From positions 1 through 47,720 of the forward strand of contig MU626408.1 of assembly GCA_025603075.1 (NCBI GenBank): a stretch of 47,720 nt of DNA, given 5' to 3'. This DNA comes from Neoconidiobolus thromboides FSU 785. Lineage: Eukaryota; Fungi; Entomophthoromycota. Position 1 is the first letter of the stretch, and each line of letters opens with the position of its first letter. The notes under the pieces were generated by a model that worked only from the letters and a program-made list of their open reading frames with translations, searched no databases and was not told the DNA's origin. This document shows positions 37,204 to 47,720 of this stretch, in pieces. A program made the position numbers and the translations under genes.

Positions 37204-38635
37204 TTAAGCTACTATCGATATGGGTTGTTTCCTTGGGGCTTTATCTACTTTTCTTTGTCTCTTGTCTAAGATACTGGCCTTATTCAAATTAAGAGCAAAT
37301 CCCTTTTCAACCTCTTCTTCACCAAGGATACCACGGTTAAACAATTTCATTTGATTAGATTCGTGTAATGAATTGAGTGCTTCATAGTTTGTTGTGTCTT
37401 CAAGTGAAACTGTGCCTTTATCTAAGGTTCCTATACGACGATTTGTATCATCGTCTTGGAGAATTTGTACTGCAAATGAAACATCAAAAGCTGCTTTAAG
37501 TGTAACACTAGGTGTAATAGGTGTGGCTAATGAATGTGCAGCACGACGTTTAGCCATTGGTGGTTTCTCTTGGCGCATCCATGGATGAGTAAACAAATTA
37601 TTGCAATCATATCTAACTTTAGGATTAACTACTAATAAATGTGATACTAAAGATTTGGCTGATTTAGAAATATCATCCCACCATGGGGTAAGGAATTCAA
37701 AGTAGCCATGTGCTACCTTTTCGGTCAAAATATTAATATCTTCATCATAAAAAGGTGGGAATCCACATAATAAAGTATAGAGAACACATCCTAAAGCCCA
37801 CATATCGACTGAATAACTGTAAAGCTCATCTTTGACGATTTCTGGTGCAGTATAACCAACTGTACCACAAGGGGTTTGTGTGCATTTATCCATGACTTTT
37901 TTACTAAGTCCAAAATCAGCAATTTTAACTCTTCCAATGCCAGCACCACCAATTCCCTCTACGATATAACCTTCACCTTCGCGGCCTTCATGGACTTTAT
38001 ATCCTTTAGCTAAATAAGGTTCAGGATCTTCAATTATTGGGATTTTTTCAAATAGAATGTTTTCAGGCTTAATATCACGATGAACTACACCTTGCTCTTC
38101 ATGGAGATATCTAATTCCTTCAGCTACTTGAGAGATAACATGGCGACACAATGGTTCGGAAAAATAGGTATGATCAATGATCTTATTAAATAATTCGCCA
38201 CCATTAACTAATTCTAAAGAGACCATATAATGGTATTTATCTTCATGGAAGTGATGGAGTTTAACAATATTAGGATGATTACAAGCTCTAAGAATGGCTA
38301 CTTCTTTGTGTACAAAATTACGTTGGCTAGGGCTTAAATGAAGCTTATCTACTACCTTCACAGCTACCTCTTTTTCTAAAAGAGAGTCATAAGCTCTATA
38401 GACATTGCTAAAAGCACCGCTAAATAAAATATAAGTCTCTAGTTGTTAGATTTAATTATAATACTTACTCTCCAAGTTTATTGAGGAAATGCAAGTAAGG
38501 TACAGATTCAAACTGCTTGATTTTCGATTTCTTTAGCTGTTCAGCTATATGATCAGGTAATTGATTCATATGTACGCTATCAAATTTTGATTTAGTTGGA
38601 GAACCTTTTAATATAGAACGAAGACTATCAAACAT
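37204..38635 (-). CDS. CAMK-family Ser/Thr kinase, Rck2/Srk1-like, 2 exons
   Basis: LG(D/E)GAFSNVY, VAVKVV, HRDIKPEN, insert GIGGAGIGRVKIADFGLSK, TPCGTVGYTAPE; first exon MFDSLRSILKG from 38635. Confidence 0.92.
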
Positions 38636-40520
38636 CTGAATATTTGAATGATTTAGAAATGTTTGGAAATTTCCAGTAATTAAATTTATCCTAAATTCAT
38701 GTCTCTGCTTTTATATTTATAACATTTGCTGAGTTCAATCATAATAAAATTACACCTTGATTACCAATCCAATTTTTGATTACTATATTTGGAAGTTCTC
38801 TACTTAAATTTGTCATTATATCTTTTTGATTGGGCATCCCCAAAAAATCTATTGGTCATTCTTACATGAACAATTGTCAATTAGCAAACATCTATAGCAA
38901 TGGTGTTAATTTAAGATTCCAAATAAATTCAACTGGCCATTTTATGTTTAAAGTTGGTCTTATACCAAAGATTTTTATTGGCTGGAACAGCTTTAGCGGT
39001 AATACTTTGATCAGACCTAGAATTATTTGCGTTTATATTTTTAATTATCTTTATTTTCATCATTGCTACTATCAATATTGAAGCTCAGTTATTTGATACA
39101 GATCATATAAAATATTGAATGAAGTAAATCTTCATTAAATTATTAACTAGATTTAACTTTATTTGACTCATTTTTATTTTTAAATTTCAACGTTTCTAGG
39201 TTCTAGTAAGAGTGATTTCATTATGAAATCATTTTTTATCGATTTAAATTGGTTATTTAATTTAGAAAATATTTCATAACTATCAATTCAAACTAAAAGT
39301 TGTTTGGAATAGAAACTTTATTACCAACTAAATATACAACTTTTTATGCCACTTTCATTATAACTGTATTTTTATTACTATTTATTAAATATACATTTCA
39401 CAAGATATATCAAATACATATTCACACAAAATCCATCTACTGTCTGTTCTTGTTAAGCGTTATTATTCCTTTAGCCGAGCCGGTTTAAATTAAATTAAAT
39501 TAAAATTTAATTTTCTTGTGGCTTTTTTGTTACAGCTTAATTTAAAATTAACCATTAATTCTATTTTAAATAATAAAATTTGGTTTGTTAAAATAATATA
39601 CTTTATGTAGTAATATATTAAAGAAGATTTATATGATGGATACTTCGAAATAAGTTGAACTATTATAATACTGATATTAAAACTTTATTCGAAAATTTAA
39701 CGCTTTACTCAATAATGAGAAACAAAGTACATAAATTAGATACTAATTACAATAATAATTTTAATCATCTTTTATTTAATTTTATAATTAGATTTGAAAC
39801 AAGTATAATTAAATGATTGTATTATTTCCTTTATTACGCTAAAAGTTATTTATAAGATCATAATACACTTTTTAATAATAGATTATATTTAATAATTTTG
39901 TATGATTTTTCAATGATTTATTCTCTTTATTTTTGCTAAATTACTAATATTATATTCTTAGTATAATAATTTCAGAGTTAATAAATATCTAGATTATTAT
40001 AATAGTTAAGTGAAACTATTATAAAGGATGATTAAAATAAACTTTTATTACAAATTATAATTCTTAAATAATACTTTGTATTTTGTGAAGCTGTTAAAAG
40101 TATTCAAGGATAATGCAAATATAACTTATTACTTAGTTGTTGAATAGATATTATAAATATTTAGTTTGCTAAGTTTTACACATGGGATGTTCTTTTATTC
40201 ATATTTGTTATTTTATCAAGAAAATAGGCTATGAGTTGATAATATAATGTTTTATTTCAACATTAAGTAGAATTTTCAAGTTTACCCTAGCATAAATGGG
40301 AAAACAATAAAGTGGAAAGGTATTTCCATCTATGCTCGATTTAAGGCTGAAATACAATTTTACCATAACAATGATATACAATTTGAGATTTTCCGTTTGA
40401 AGTATACTTAAACAAATAAATAAATATACAAATTTAATGTTAAATTAAAAAAGCTAATTATGGATTTTTATATTTATTTCATGAATAATAAATAATATAG
40501 AAGGCTTGCGTTTTAGTAGC

Positions 40521-41090
40521 TTAATTAATTTCTTGATATCCGTTAGCCCTGAATGGAAATGAAACCAAAATTACTGCACCTCCAATAACTGAAAGTAACC
40601 ATGAAGCTAAATTTAAATAGAAAGAAAAATCATAGTTAGTTCCAATATAGAACTCAGCAGAATTATTAAACAAGTAAGCGATGGAAGAAAACGAAACCAA
40701 TTGTAGTACAGTATAAGCAGCAGAAGCACCTAAAGCTAAAGGCCAAGCTTTGTATTGTTTACGCGCGTCACTAAAAAGTATAAAGAGGAAGAAAAAGAGG
40801 GTAATAGTACCTAAAATAGTAGCAAAAAGTTGAGTGTACCTTGCAGTATACCATAATCTACAAAAGCCTTCTTCATTACAATCTCCTTGAACTTCATCTG
40901 GAAATGGTCGACAGTGATTAGTTATTATAGAACACTTTTGAAATAATCCATAAGTTGTACGAAAACCTAGAGGCTCTGGTGCTCGAAAGACTAGCCAGTT
41001 AGGGAATATCAAAGATACATAGGTGAATCCTAATGCTAGTGTATGTTGCAAAGTAGTTATTAAATAAACACGAATTGGGTGATTTAACAT
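40521..41090 (-). CDS. Four-TM claudin/PMP22-like membrane protein
   Basis: 189 aa, four hydrophobic helices, first loop W-x(n)-YGLFQKC-x(n)-C like the claudin W-GLW-C-C signature. Confidence 0.7.
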   Translation of the reverse strand: MLNHPIRVYLITTLQHTLALGFTYVSLIFPNWLVFRAPEPLGFRTTYGLFQKCSIITNHCRPFPDEVQGDCNEEGFCRLWYTARYTQLFATILGTITLFFFLFILFSDARKQYKAWPLALGASAAYTVLQLVSFSSIAYLFNNSAEFYIGTNYDFSFYLNLASWLLSVIGGAVILVSFPFRANGYQEIN

Positions 41091-41441
41091 TTTATTTAAA
41101 AAAAGAAAGGAAACTAATGTTCAAATAGTGATAAGTTAATTTTTAATCATCACTTTATGCTGTTTCTGTTATAAGTGACGTAAATATGAGCTTTATAGTT
41201 CTATTTTTGATATAAGCACAGAATTAAACAAAGTCAAAAAAAGATACAATCTTAATCAAGTTAGGTTTAAGACTAGGTAATTGATGTTATTTGACGTTAA
41301 TTTAAATGTAAAAAGCTTTTTCATTTTTTAATTTATTTATTCCAATTCTATTAATATAAGGGCATATATATAATATATATATATAAACAATGTGTGTATA
41401 TAGTAGTGGTATATATAATTTATTAAGAAAATTTATACTAG

Positions 41442-42094
41442 TTAAACTTCAAAATTGATAAAAAGTTTAGTTTTTAACTTCTCATTAAAAACTAAACCTT
41501 CTTTAGTTAATAATTCTTTTTTAGCCTGTATCTTCGTGCCAGAGCCCCATTGACTTTAAATAGTTAATAAAGTAATCAATATTAGTTTATACAAGGATAC
41601 CCATCAAAACCACCAATCTTATAATCTGAAGTTATGACTCTATGGCATGGTACTGTAGGCGCAAAAGGATTATTTCTTAATGCTTGACCAACTTAAACAC
41701 ATTACAAAGTTTGCTTTTAAAAACAACAAAATGAATTACCAGCTCTTGGTGAACTCTTTAATGCTCTAGCAATAGCCCCATAAGTACTAAAGCTGCCTAT
41801 TTGTATTTTAAAATACGCATCTATTATACTTGTACTCTCAAATTACCTTCTGGTATCTATAAAATAAACAAATATTACGAAAATAAATAGTAAATAATAA
41901 GCTATACCTGAATACAGCAACTAAGAACTTTTATTTGATGCAAAGTTAATTTTGTATTTGTCTTTTTGTTAAAGGAATCTAATATAGTTTATTATACTTT
42001 AAGTCATAATAACAATTGATTTACCACAAGCTTGAATTAACTCATTCAGCTCTTTAATTCTTGGATGTTCAGTTAATTTACTAGGAGTTTTCAT
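41442..42094 (-). CDS. MGT1: O6-methylguanine-DNA methyltransferase, multi-exon; not in the ORF track
   Basis: Spliced: ..CIQ|IPEG|SFSTYGAIARALKSSPRA|VGQALRNNPFAPTVPCHRVITSDYKIGGFDG|QWGSGTKIQAKKELLTKEGLVF; active-site PCHR. Confidence 0.93.
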
Positions 42095-42466
42095 TTTTAT
42101 TTCTATAAAAATAATCAATTTGTGTTTATTTATATTCGAAATGCGCAGCTATAGAATTACTAATCGTCCTTTAAAAAAATCCTACTATTGATTTGATTTA
42201 AACACGAAATGGGCATTTTTGATTTTGTGTTTGCTGAGTTTAATATAAAGATTTTTTCTATTTTTGTATTTGAAAAATAAAAAATCAAATACCCATATTA
42301 TGTTTAAAATGAGTCAACAGAGCAATTTGAATTTTGAATTCATGAAATCTAAATTATCAACAAGCATCAAATTGACATTTGATTAACCAATCATATTTCA
42401 CCTTTATTCAGAAATGATTAAACTATTTTTCAAAATATGATTTTTTAAAATTTCATTTTAATTTTA

Positions 42467-42758
42467 ATGAAGAAATCGGGTTTGCAAAAAGAAATATTAG
42501 CATTGTATCGTACTGTGTTAAGAGCAGTAAGATTGAAGCCAGAAGTAAACAATAGTATAAAATTATAAGGAATCATTTATAACTAAATAATTGTAGGAGA
42601 ACAGGACATCATTTAAACAATATGCAAGATATCAGTTTGATAAATATAAAAATATAGATCATAAAGATTTTAATACCATTGAATTTTTATTAAGAAAGGG
42701 TAAAAGGCAGCTAGAAATTTACTCTGGAGAAGGCATCAAAAATGTAAAGTTTAATTAA
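42467..42758 (+). CDS. SDH6: LYR-motif succinate dehydrogenase assembly factor 1 (Sdh6/SDHAF1), 2 exons; not in the ORF track
   Basis: MKKSGLQKEILALYRTVLRAVRLKPE|ENRTSFKQYARYQFDKYKNIDHKDFNTIEFLLRKGKRQLEIYS. Confidence 0.88.
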
Positions 42759-43358
42759 TTTTATAAAGTGTACAACACTTTTTACTTATATGCCACCATA
42801 AAATTTATTCTGAGATGATTATTTTAATAAACAGTAGTAAACTACACCACTTTTCATGACTAGTTTTTTATAATGTTTTATAATACACAAATAAAACTTT
42901 ATGGTTTAGCGACTTTGGATTGATTCATAATATTAAGTAAACCAATGTCGTATATATCGTGTAAAATATCTGAAAAGACGGTACTTGAAGTAAACTATAA
43001 TCAAGGTATGCTGATATAGAAATAAATATAATAAACATGCATTCGTATAAATATTTTTAACTAAATACTTTCAAAATTAAAAATAAACTGTGAGAGCCTA
43101 CTTATTACCAAAATGTGCTTATTTAATTGCCTCATATAACTCATGATATTCAAACAATAAACTTAATTATACTTAGTACTCCTAAATTTATTTTATAAAA
43201 GACACTTACTTGGACAAATCTGATTATTTTTCAAAAATATACTAAATAAATAATTAAATAATTAAAGAATAACATATTATAACATGAGTAAAATAAAAAG
43301 AGATTATATTAAAGTAAAAGGAGATAATCTAACATTTTTTAAAAGCACGATTTTAAAA

Positions 43359-44575
43359 TTACCCAATAAGTCTTCGATATTCATCACATTTTGGTAATCT
43401 TCTGCTTCTTAATTCTTTCAGCCTTTTTTCATTTCTATTCCAACCAAACCAGCCAGTTGCTTCAGCAATTTCGCTATTTAATCTATCCCTCTGGTTAATA
43501 CATTGTTGATAAACTGATCTGACATAATACGATTCCACATCCTTTTCAAATTGATTAAATCTCTGCTTATTTGCCTTAGATTTAAAGGTAAGCATCTCTT
43601 TAGGATCAGCGTAATAAGTAATTCCCCTTGATTGAGTATTATAACTTTTAGTAAACCTAGGTGCCCTTTCGAATGTATAGTCAGGCTCTCTTAAGTTAGC
43701 TGGTGTAAATAAAGTTGAAAAGAGTGAAAAAACTAGTAATAAAAGAATGGGAAGTAACTGAATAAGGTTAAAATTGGTTTCAAATTGGGTAGTATTAGCT
43801 CTAGGTTGTTGACGATTTCTACGCATATATTGACGTCCATCTGGTCCCACAAACGTACTATGAAATCCAGGGCCGAAATTTGAAGCCCCAAAAAACATAT
43901 TAAATAACTCTTCAGGACTTACTTCTTCTTGATACCTAAATCCTGGATTATATTGTGGTCCGGAATTACGTTGCTCAGGATCTCCGCCGTATCTATCATA
44001 AGCTGATTTCTTGTCAGGATCTGACAGTACTGAAAACGCTTTGCTAACAACTATAAAAGATTTAAGCATTTATTCCAACTGTTTTTTAAATAATATTACG
44101 TTTAAAGGCCTCGTCTGCTCCTGGGGCGCTATTTTTATCTGGATGGAATTTTAAAGCTAACTAATAACAAGGTGAATTATAGTTCAGATAAAGAAAAGTT
44201 CCTTACTTTTTTATATGCCTTTTTAATTTCGTTTTCAGTGGCTTCTTTAGTTATCCTGAGTATCTTATAAAAATCTCCTGAATTTCGCTTGATTTCAATG
44301 ACTTCTTCCACTTGCTCTTTTGTATAAGCTCTACTACTTGAATTACTATTGCTCATTTTTACACTTTCCTTTTCTTGTTTAATTTCAACTTTTACTTTTT
44401 CTGGGCTTTCTTTACTTTTTGGCTCAATAATTTTCAAATATTGTTTGGCTTGGTCGGTTGGAAATAAAGCAATGGATTTGCGACAAAACTTTAACGCTGA
44501 AGAATAATCTCCTTGTTGCTCTTTCTTTTTAGCAATGGCTAAACATCTTATTGCTTCGTCTTTGTTTACCTCCAT
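43359..44575 (-). CDS. DnaJ co-chaperone, DNAJB12/14 (Hlj1-like) with TM segment and DUF1977-like C-terminus, 3 exons
   Basis: MEVNKDEAIRCLAIA; DFYKILR..IKKAYKK|LALKFHPDKNSAPGADEAFK|..SKAFSVLSDPDKKSAYDRYG; VSPEELFNMFFG; QLLPILLLLVFSLF. Confidence 0.9.
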
Positions 44576-45695
44576 TTTATATTTTGTTGACAATTTTGAT
44601 TATTTAAATTAAATCTCTATTTTTCACCTTAAATTGTTTTCTTTTTTAGCTTTATGAATAGCCAATTAACCTTGATCTTTCTAGTTCTTCACAATCCTCT
44701 GGGAGGCTATTATTGGCTTCAATTTATGTTGAGTTTTTAATTTTGTCGAAAGTGGAATTAAGTGATTGGTTTATTTCATTTTATATTTTGTATTAATAAA
44801 ACTAAGTTTATTTTGCACATCGTCAAAGCGTTTGGCATGTTTTAGAATACAGAAGGATGCCATTTTTATTACTTAGTGGCAAACATTATTTGTCACCAAG
44901 TGATGGACTGCTGATGAAGGATAGAAAATTTATGTTTTAAAGATCTTATTAGCATTTAACCACATAATTTTCACCACACTATATCTATCTCAAAAGACAA
45001 TTTAGCGAATTACTGAAATTATTTCTGACAATAGAAAAATGAATGGCCAAAAATTTAAATACTATAAAAATTAGTATGTTCCAACAATAAAATGATCAAC
45101 TTTGTATCAAGGTTTTATATTTTATTTACTTTCATCAATTATAAAATAAATTTTATGGTGATTTATTGAAATTTACTCAAGATGGCTGTGATGGGATGAA
45201 AATCTTATACTAAATGCTTAAAAATAAAACACTAAAAGACATTTTGAACATCTATTATAGAATAAACAATTTTATCAACTAGATGCAGGGTTAATATAAT
45301 GTTTATAAATACTCAAAATAAGTTGTAACTCTAGCAGTAAAAGCCTGGTAAATTCAAAAACTGACATAAACAGCTTAGCTGGATTATGAAATAAATCTAG
45401 GATTTTAAATAATAAACTTATATATAAATGTCAAAAATACTATCACCCAAAATTGGACCCAACACCAGTAAAGTTCCTAGTAAAAAGCCATTTACATATA
45501 TGAATTATTTTATTAGTTTTTTAAATAAAAATCTATCCAAGTTTAGACTAGTCCTAAATACAAGCTTAAGAGAAATACTATTACTTTCAAATGATTATTA
45601 TTATTCACAAAATAAAATGTATAAAGCAACTATTTAGATAAAGCTAAATTTAAACATGAGTTTTTATTCCCTAATATTCATTTTATATTGTAAAA

Positions 45696-45794
45696 CATTG
45701 GAGATATTTTTTGGTTTCATTATTTTTCCATTTTTAAACACTATTTGAGTGGAAAGATTGTTAGTAAAATTCTTAAACAAAATGCAGCCTCATT
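45696..45794 (-). mobile_element. Hairpin repeat copy R
   Basis: ttggagatattttttggtttcattatttttccattttt..ctatttgagtggaaagattgttagtaaaattcttaaac. Confidence 0.85.
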
Positions 45795-45809
45795 TATAAA
45801 TGACAAATA

Positions 45810-45907
45810 TATGGGGATATGCTTTTGTATTTAAGAATTTTACTAACAACTTTCCACTCAAATAGTGCTTAAAAAATAAAAAAATAAACCAAAAAAACAC
45901 CCCCAAT
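45810..45907 (+). mobile_element. Hairpin repeat copy S (head-to-head with R)
   Basis: tatggggatat..ttttactaacaactttccactcaaatagtgctt...acacccccca-like end. Confidence 0.85.
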
Positions 45908-46157
45908 CGTTGATTAATTTTTTTGAAAATACATTACTATACATCTAATAGTCATAATATACAATTATAGCTGTTGCTATATTTTTGTAGATAATATTTT
46001 GATGTGGAATATAAAAATGCTTTTTAATATAATATCTTTTTTTTAAGTTAATTATAAAATCATCTTTTTAATAAAGTTGTTAATATATATATAAGTATCT
46101 TATATAACTTATATAATTGTATTTCTTATCAGTTTTGCATATTCTGTAGTTTGTTTA

Positions 46158-46262
46158 TACGGGGGTGTTTTTTTTGGTTTCACTACTTTTTCCATTTTTT
46201 AAGTGTTATTTGAGTGAAAAAATTGTTAGTAAAATTCTTAAATACAAAAATACATCCCCGTA
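46158..46262 (-). mobile_element. Hairpin repeat copy T
   Basis: TA-CGGGGGTGT...ttgagtgaaaaaattgttagtaaaattcttaaatac...ACATCCCCG-TA. Confidence 0.9.
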
Positions 46263-46842
46263 TATTGTTTTTATATTTTTTGTTTATTTTAGTTATATAA
46301 ACTAAGACCTGTTAGTTTATAGCCATTTAACTAAAGTAAAGTATTAGCTTTTAACTCTAACAACTAACGATCAAATTCTATATTATAGAATAAGATAAAG
46401 CATACTTATTTTATCAATAATAAAGGTTTTAAAGAATAAAAGTAGAACCTTAATAAATTAAAAAACACTTAGTTTTAAAGTGAACACTTTTATTTACTAA
46501 TTAAATAAAAATGCCATAGATTTTATTAGTAACTATTGTAATTAAAGTAATAACAAAATTTTTAAAAAATTTTCGATTTTAAAAACGTGTAATGAAAAAT
46601 TACACAACCCAATATTTTAACTTAGAAAACGCCCACAGATACACCATATCAACTTCGTGTAATTGTATTAACATTAAATAACCAAAAACAAAAGCTATAA
46701 ATTATAAAACTAAGTTTTGATATTTGTCTGTAGATTATGAAAAATATCAAAATATTCCAAACGTGTTGCTCGTTTTATCAATATAGGTAAAAAATAATAC
46801 GTTGACAAAACCAATAATAAAGCTAATTACATAAAAGTAATC

Positions 46843-47720
46843 TTAGTCATCATCTTCATCATCTGAAAAAGTAACTATATGTTCTTTAACTGGTATTGAA
46901 ATCTCTCCCACTAACCCAGCAATATTATGGCCTAATAACTCGACATCTTCAAATAATCTTACTAACCCAGCCATATATGTATACCAATATATATGATTAA
47001 ATTCTTCATGTAAATTTTTTTGATCAAAATTAAGTGTAGTATTTAACTCTAAATGGGACCCAACAACCTCATTTTTAAATTCATCAGAACGCTCTAATAT
47101 TGATTTGTGGAGTGGTAAAGTATTATAGCTATTTTTTTTGAACTTCTTTATCAAGGCAGATCTGGTTTTTAACATCAACTGATAACGTATGGCATGAATT
47201 GGAGGAGGATAAGGTGGTAGTGGCATTTTAGAACGTAAAGCCCCAGAGAGCACATAAAAATATAAAATAACAGAAGAAACCATGAATTTACGATAAGAAT
47301 TAAATGGAAAAATGACTGTTTTTTGGACATCAGGAGTGAGTTGAGATACAGCTCCAGTCATAGCAACAAGTTGATCCAAAACATCTTGTAAAATACGAAT
47401 TTGTTCAGAATAAACTGGTGCTTGGAATGGACCTTTAAGTCTAGGCTCATCTAATGCAAATAAATGTAAACTTTTAGCTGAAAGTATTCGTTTCTGTAAC
47501 TTCCGATTACATAAATTAATTTGAGATTGTAATTCCTTCCATTCAGTAGTTGTATTGGATGACATGCATAATGCTGCTACTTTACCAAAACTCATACCCA
47601 TATCAGCTAACAAAGAAGCAATTAACTTTCTTAGCTCTCTTCTTGCTGAAAATGGCCAAATAGTTGAGCTAACAATCATAGACACAATTAAACCAACAAC
47701 AACACTTGCTGTACGAAGAA
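46843..47720 (-). CDS. C-terminal part of a FUSC/ArAE/ALMT-like membrane transporter; 5' part lies outside the window
   Basis: Open frame runs off the window end; ..VVVGLIVSMIVSSTIWPFSARRELRKLIASLL.. resembles the end of the FUSC_2/ALMT TM region. Confidence 0.65.
   Translation of the reverse strand, partial: LRTASVVVGLIVSMIVSSTIWPFSARRELRKLIASLLADMGMSFGKVAALCMSSNTTTEWKELQSQINLCNRKLQKRILSAKSLHLFALDEPRLKGPFQAPVYSEQIRILQDVLDQLVAMTGAVSQLTPDVQKTVIFPFNSYRKFMVSSVILYFYVLSGALRSKMPLPPYPPPIHAIRYQLMLKTRSALIKKFKKNSYNTLPLHKSILERSDEFKNEVVGSHLELNTTLNFDQKNLHEEFNHIYWYTYMAGLVRLFEDVELLGHNIAGLVGEISIPVKEHIVTFSDDEDDD

Noticed and set aside
38830-39488. ORFs 38830..39081 and 39300..39488
   Set aside because: Start at TTG, no recognisable protein features; the region looks like the kinase promoter with several CCAAT motifs.
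44620-45640. Possible transposase remnant next to the R/S/T repeat cluster
   Set aside because: The frames I translated by hand (around 44.8-44.9 kb) give short, stop-interrupted peptides with no DDE/DDD or HTH motif; ORF 45428..45637 is unremarkable.
3344-46262. CRISPR array or prokaryotic REP interpretation of the hairpin repeats
   Set aside because: Copies are dispersed, ~104 bp long, in both orientations, without regular unique spacers or cas genes, in an intron-containing eukaryotic genome.

Overview
Very AT-rich fungal genomic DNA with short (~45-110 nt) spliceosomal introns. The lineage cannot be fixed from the sequence; composition and intron density would fit an early-diverging fungus (inference). 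The window holds about 15 protein-coding genes, mostly housekeeping: LYS9, a Rua1_C-type regulator, CCP1, a Yippee/MOH1-like gene, an MFS permease, RPS7, a J-like protein lacking HPD, RQC2, a coiled-coil orphan, DOA1, an orphan membrane protein, an Rck2/Srk1-like kinase, a claudin-like protein, MGT1, SDH6, a DNAJB12/HLJ1-like J protein and a partial FUSC/ArAE-like protein. There are three identical tRNA-Thr(AGT) genes and two decayed tRNA-like sequences. The most notable unexplained feature is a ~104-bp self-complementary, TA-flanked interspersed repeat with about 21 copies, all intergenic and in both orientations. It shows paired changes in its ends, CpG-decay variants, tandem dimers sharing one TA, clustering next to tRNA genes and remnants, and internal intron-like signals (GT...TACTAAC...TAG). 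No transposase is visible in the window. Also present are an unrelated perfect 116-bp foldback element and an inverted tRNA-Thr duplication bracketing LYS9. Exon structures and repeat boundaries were read by eye and may be off by a few nt.
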